Of a stretch of 64,000 nt of DNA, positions 62,537 to 64,000 are shown one piece after another. The notes beneath the pieces are model-generated. The model made no database searches. It had not been told where the DNA came from and saw only the letters and a program-made list of their open reading frames with translations. The DNA is from Chrysomallon squamiferum (taxonomy: Eukaryota > Animalia > Mollusca), in the NCBI GenBank assembly GCA_012295275.1, contig CM022672.1, positions 15,810,001 to 15,874,000 on the forward strand. Direction: 5' to 3'. Both the position numbers and the translations under genes were made by a program. Position 1 is the first letter of the stretch; every line of letters starts with the position of its first letter.

Positions 62537-63963
62537 CAATCACATACCAAAAGAAAAACTGTGCCTGTGATGATGCAGCAAAAACAACTGAACTGATGTT
62601 AAAGAAGTATTCTGTTTGTAAATTTTCAATAATTTTCTAATTACCTTAAAGCATCTCTAAGGTCATTCAACATGTCTTCCTTTGCCTTCACATCAAAAAT
62701 AGCTCTTTGTAATTCATCATCTGTTTTAGCTGACTGCTGTTTGGATTCCTTTAAACAATCCTGTTAAATTAAAAATTTTAAATCTAAAGGTAATACTGAA
62801 ACATTAGTGACTGAAAAAAACAAAAAAACTACAACACCACCAAATCTCACCCCGTTAAACAAAATAAAATGGAACATTATAAAATTTTAAAAAGTGAAAG
62901 TAAAAAAATACAAAGTAACTGAAATAAAATAAATTGTATTAACAATATATGTCTGTCTGTCTGTGATTTTTAAACAACACAACACTATACTTAATATAAA
63001 AAAATTATTAGGTGTTGAATATGACTTATTATTTAAAAATAGTACAAGAGAGAAAATGTCTAGGCTTAGCACATAACTGAAATTAGTTTTAATACACTGA
63101 ATGATATACTAACTTTAAGACGTTTTACTTCAGCATCAAGTTCATTGACTAACTGCATTTGTTGTTTCATGTCCTCTTCTTTGATAGATAACTGGTCTTC
63201 TAGATCATTCACTTTAAATAAAATAAAATAAATAAATAACAAACAAAACAAATAATATACATATATTAATAAAAATAAACAAACAAGCAAACAGACAGAG
63301 AAGTGTTTTGTCCCAGTATAACTGACTTTTGGTTTTAATGTATTCTAAAGCACAGTTGCTCACCTAACTCTATCTTCTGCTCCAACTGAACTCGCAGATC
63401 TCTAACGTCTTTTTCCAGTTTGTTCAACCTTTCCGATTTGTTGTCTTGAGCCTCTCTTTCATCCTGCAACTGCTGCTCAGCAGACGTCAATTCTGTTAAC
63501 AGCTGACGCTTCTCTCCTTGCAGAGACCTGGAACGAAATGAAGAAATGTTTCTTTTATTGACGATATCAACAGATTTTTAATTTAGATACTACTGCATGG
63601 TGTTATATAAATTATTAATGACAATGCTGATAACACAGTCAAATCCCACAGTCAGTAGACAGTAAGCCACTAATTTTTCAGTTAGCAGCAGAAAATAATT
63701 TCTTATACACACAGAACAAATACCATGACCTTTGATAAATCAGTTATGAATAATAAACTCCCAAAAACTGCTGCTGATGATAGCCTATCACATGTCAACT
63801 TTGAACGGCATGTCACTCACCTCACAGTACAATTCAGATTGGATATTTCTGCAGTTTTCTGTTCGAGGTCTGAGCAGGCCTGTCTCAGTTTTCTTTCAGC
63901 AGTGTCACTCTCAGCCATGAACTGAGCTTTGTCTCGCAACACCTGCTGCTCTAAGTATGATAC
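57120..63963 (-). CDS. CCDC18: Coiled-coil domain-containing protein 18 homologue, 3' part. Exons 63963-63821, 63527-63364, 63211-63114, 62760-62645, 61964-61865, 61600-61484, 61076-60933, 60342-60145, 59629-59486, 59204-58992, 58578-58008, 57773-57695, 57240-57120
   Basis: Long heptad coiled coil. LTEELGASQAREAEAEARL and AANEAIVIKESEVARLQARLSGHERA match my recollection of vertebrate CCDC18 ([44 protein letters not shown]). All junctions are phase-consistent; stop TGA at 57122-57120. The gene continues beyond the window. Confidence 0.85.
60558..60700. repeat. Minisatellite of about 29 bp, 4-5 copies (ccaatatataatttcataataatgataa)
   Basis: Near-perfect tandem copies in a CCDC18 intron. Confidence 0.9.
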
Positions 63964-64000
63964 CTGACAAAGTTAATATACAGTTATAAATATACTGGAC

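Overview
AT-rich, microsatellite-laden eukaryotic (animal) genomic DNA. It is probably a lophotrochozoan such as a gastropod mollusc; this is inferred from gene content, intron style and SINE-like relics. Five spliced protein-coding genes were reconstructed by hand with GT-AG, phase-consistent exons. (1) The 3' end of an unidentified low-complexity nuclear protein with a PIDLS CtBP-binding motif (+, 1-1427). (2) CREBRF/REPTOR bZIP factor (-, 16139 to about 25135/27381), with a 3' UTR of about 6 kb. (3) DCLRE1A/SNM1A crosslink-repair nuclease (-, 33488-40921). (4) Polycomb-like/MTF2 (+, 43001-51594), head-to-head with DCLRE1A. (5) The 3' part of CCDC18 (-, 57120-63963). No prokaryotic systems, CRISPR arrays or rRNA/tRNA genes are supported. 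The best lead is the CREBRF locus. It has several candidate alternative first exons, including an intronic one that would delete the N-terminal region and destroy an RxRxxS phospho-motif built across a splice junction. Its upstream region is dense in DR1, CRE, CARE and kB elements. Other leads are conserved MTF2-CCDC18 microsynteny with human, a second C-terminal PIP-like box in SNM1A, and a TIR element with a 7-bp target duplication in a Pcl intron.
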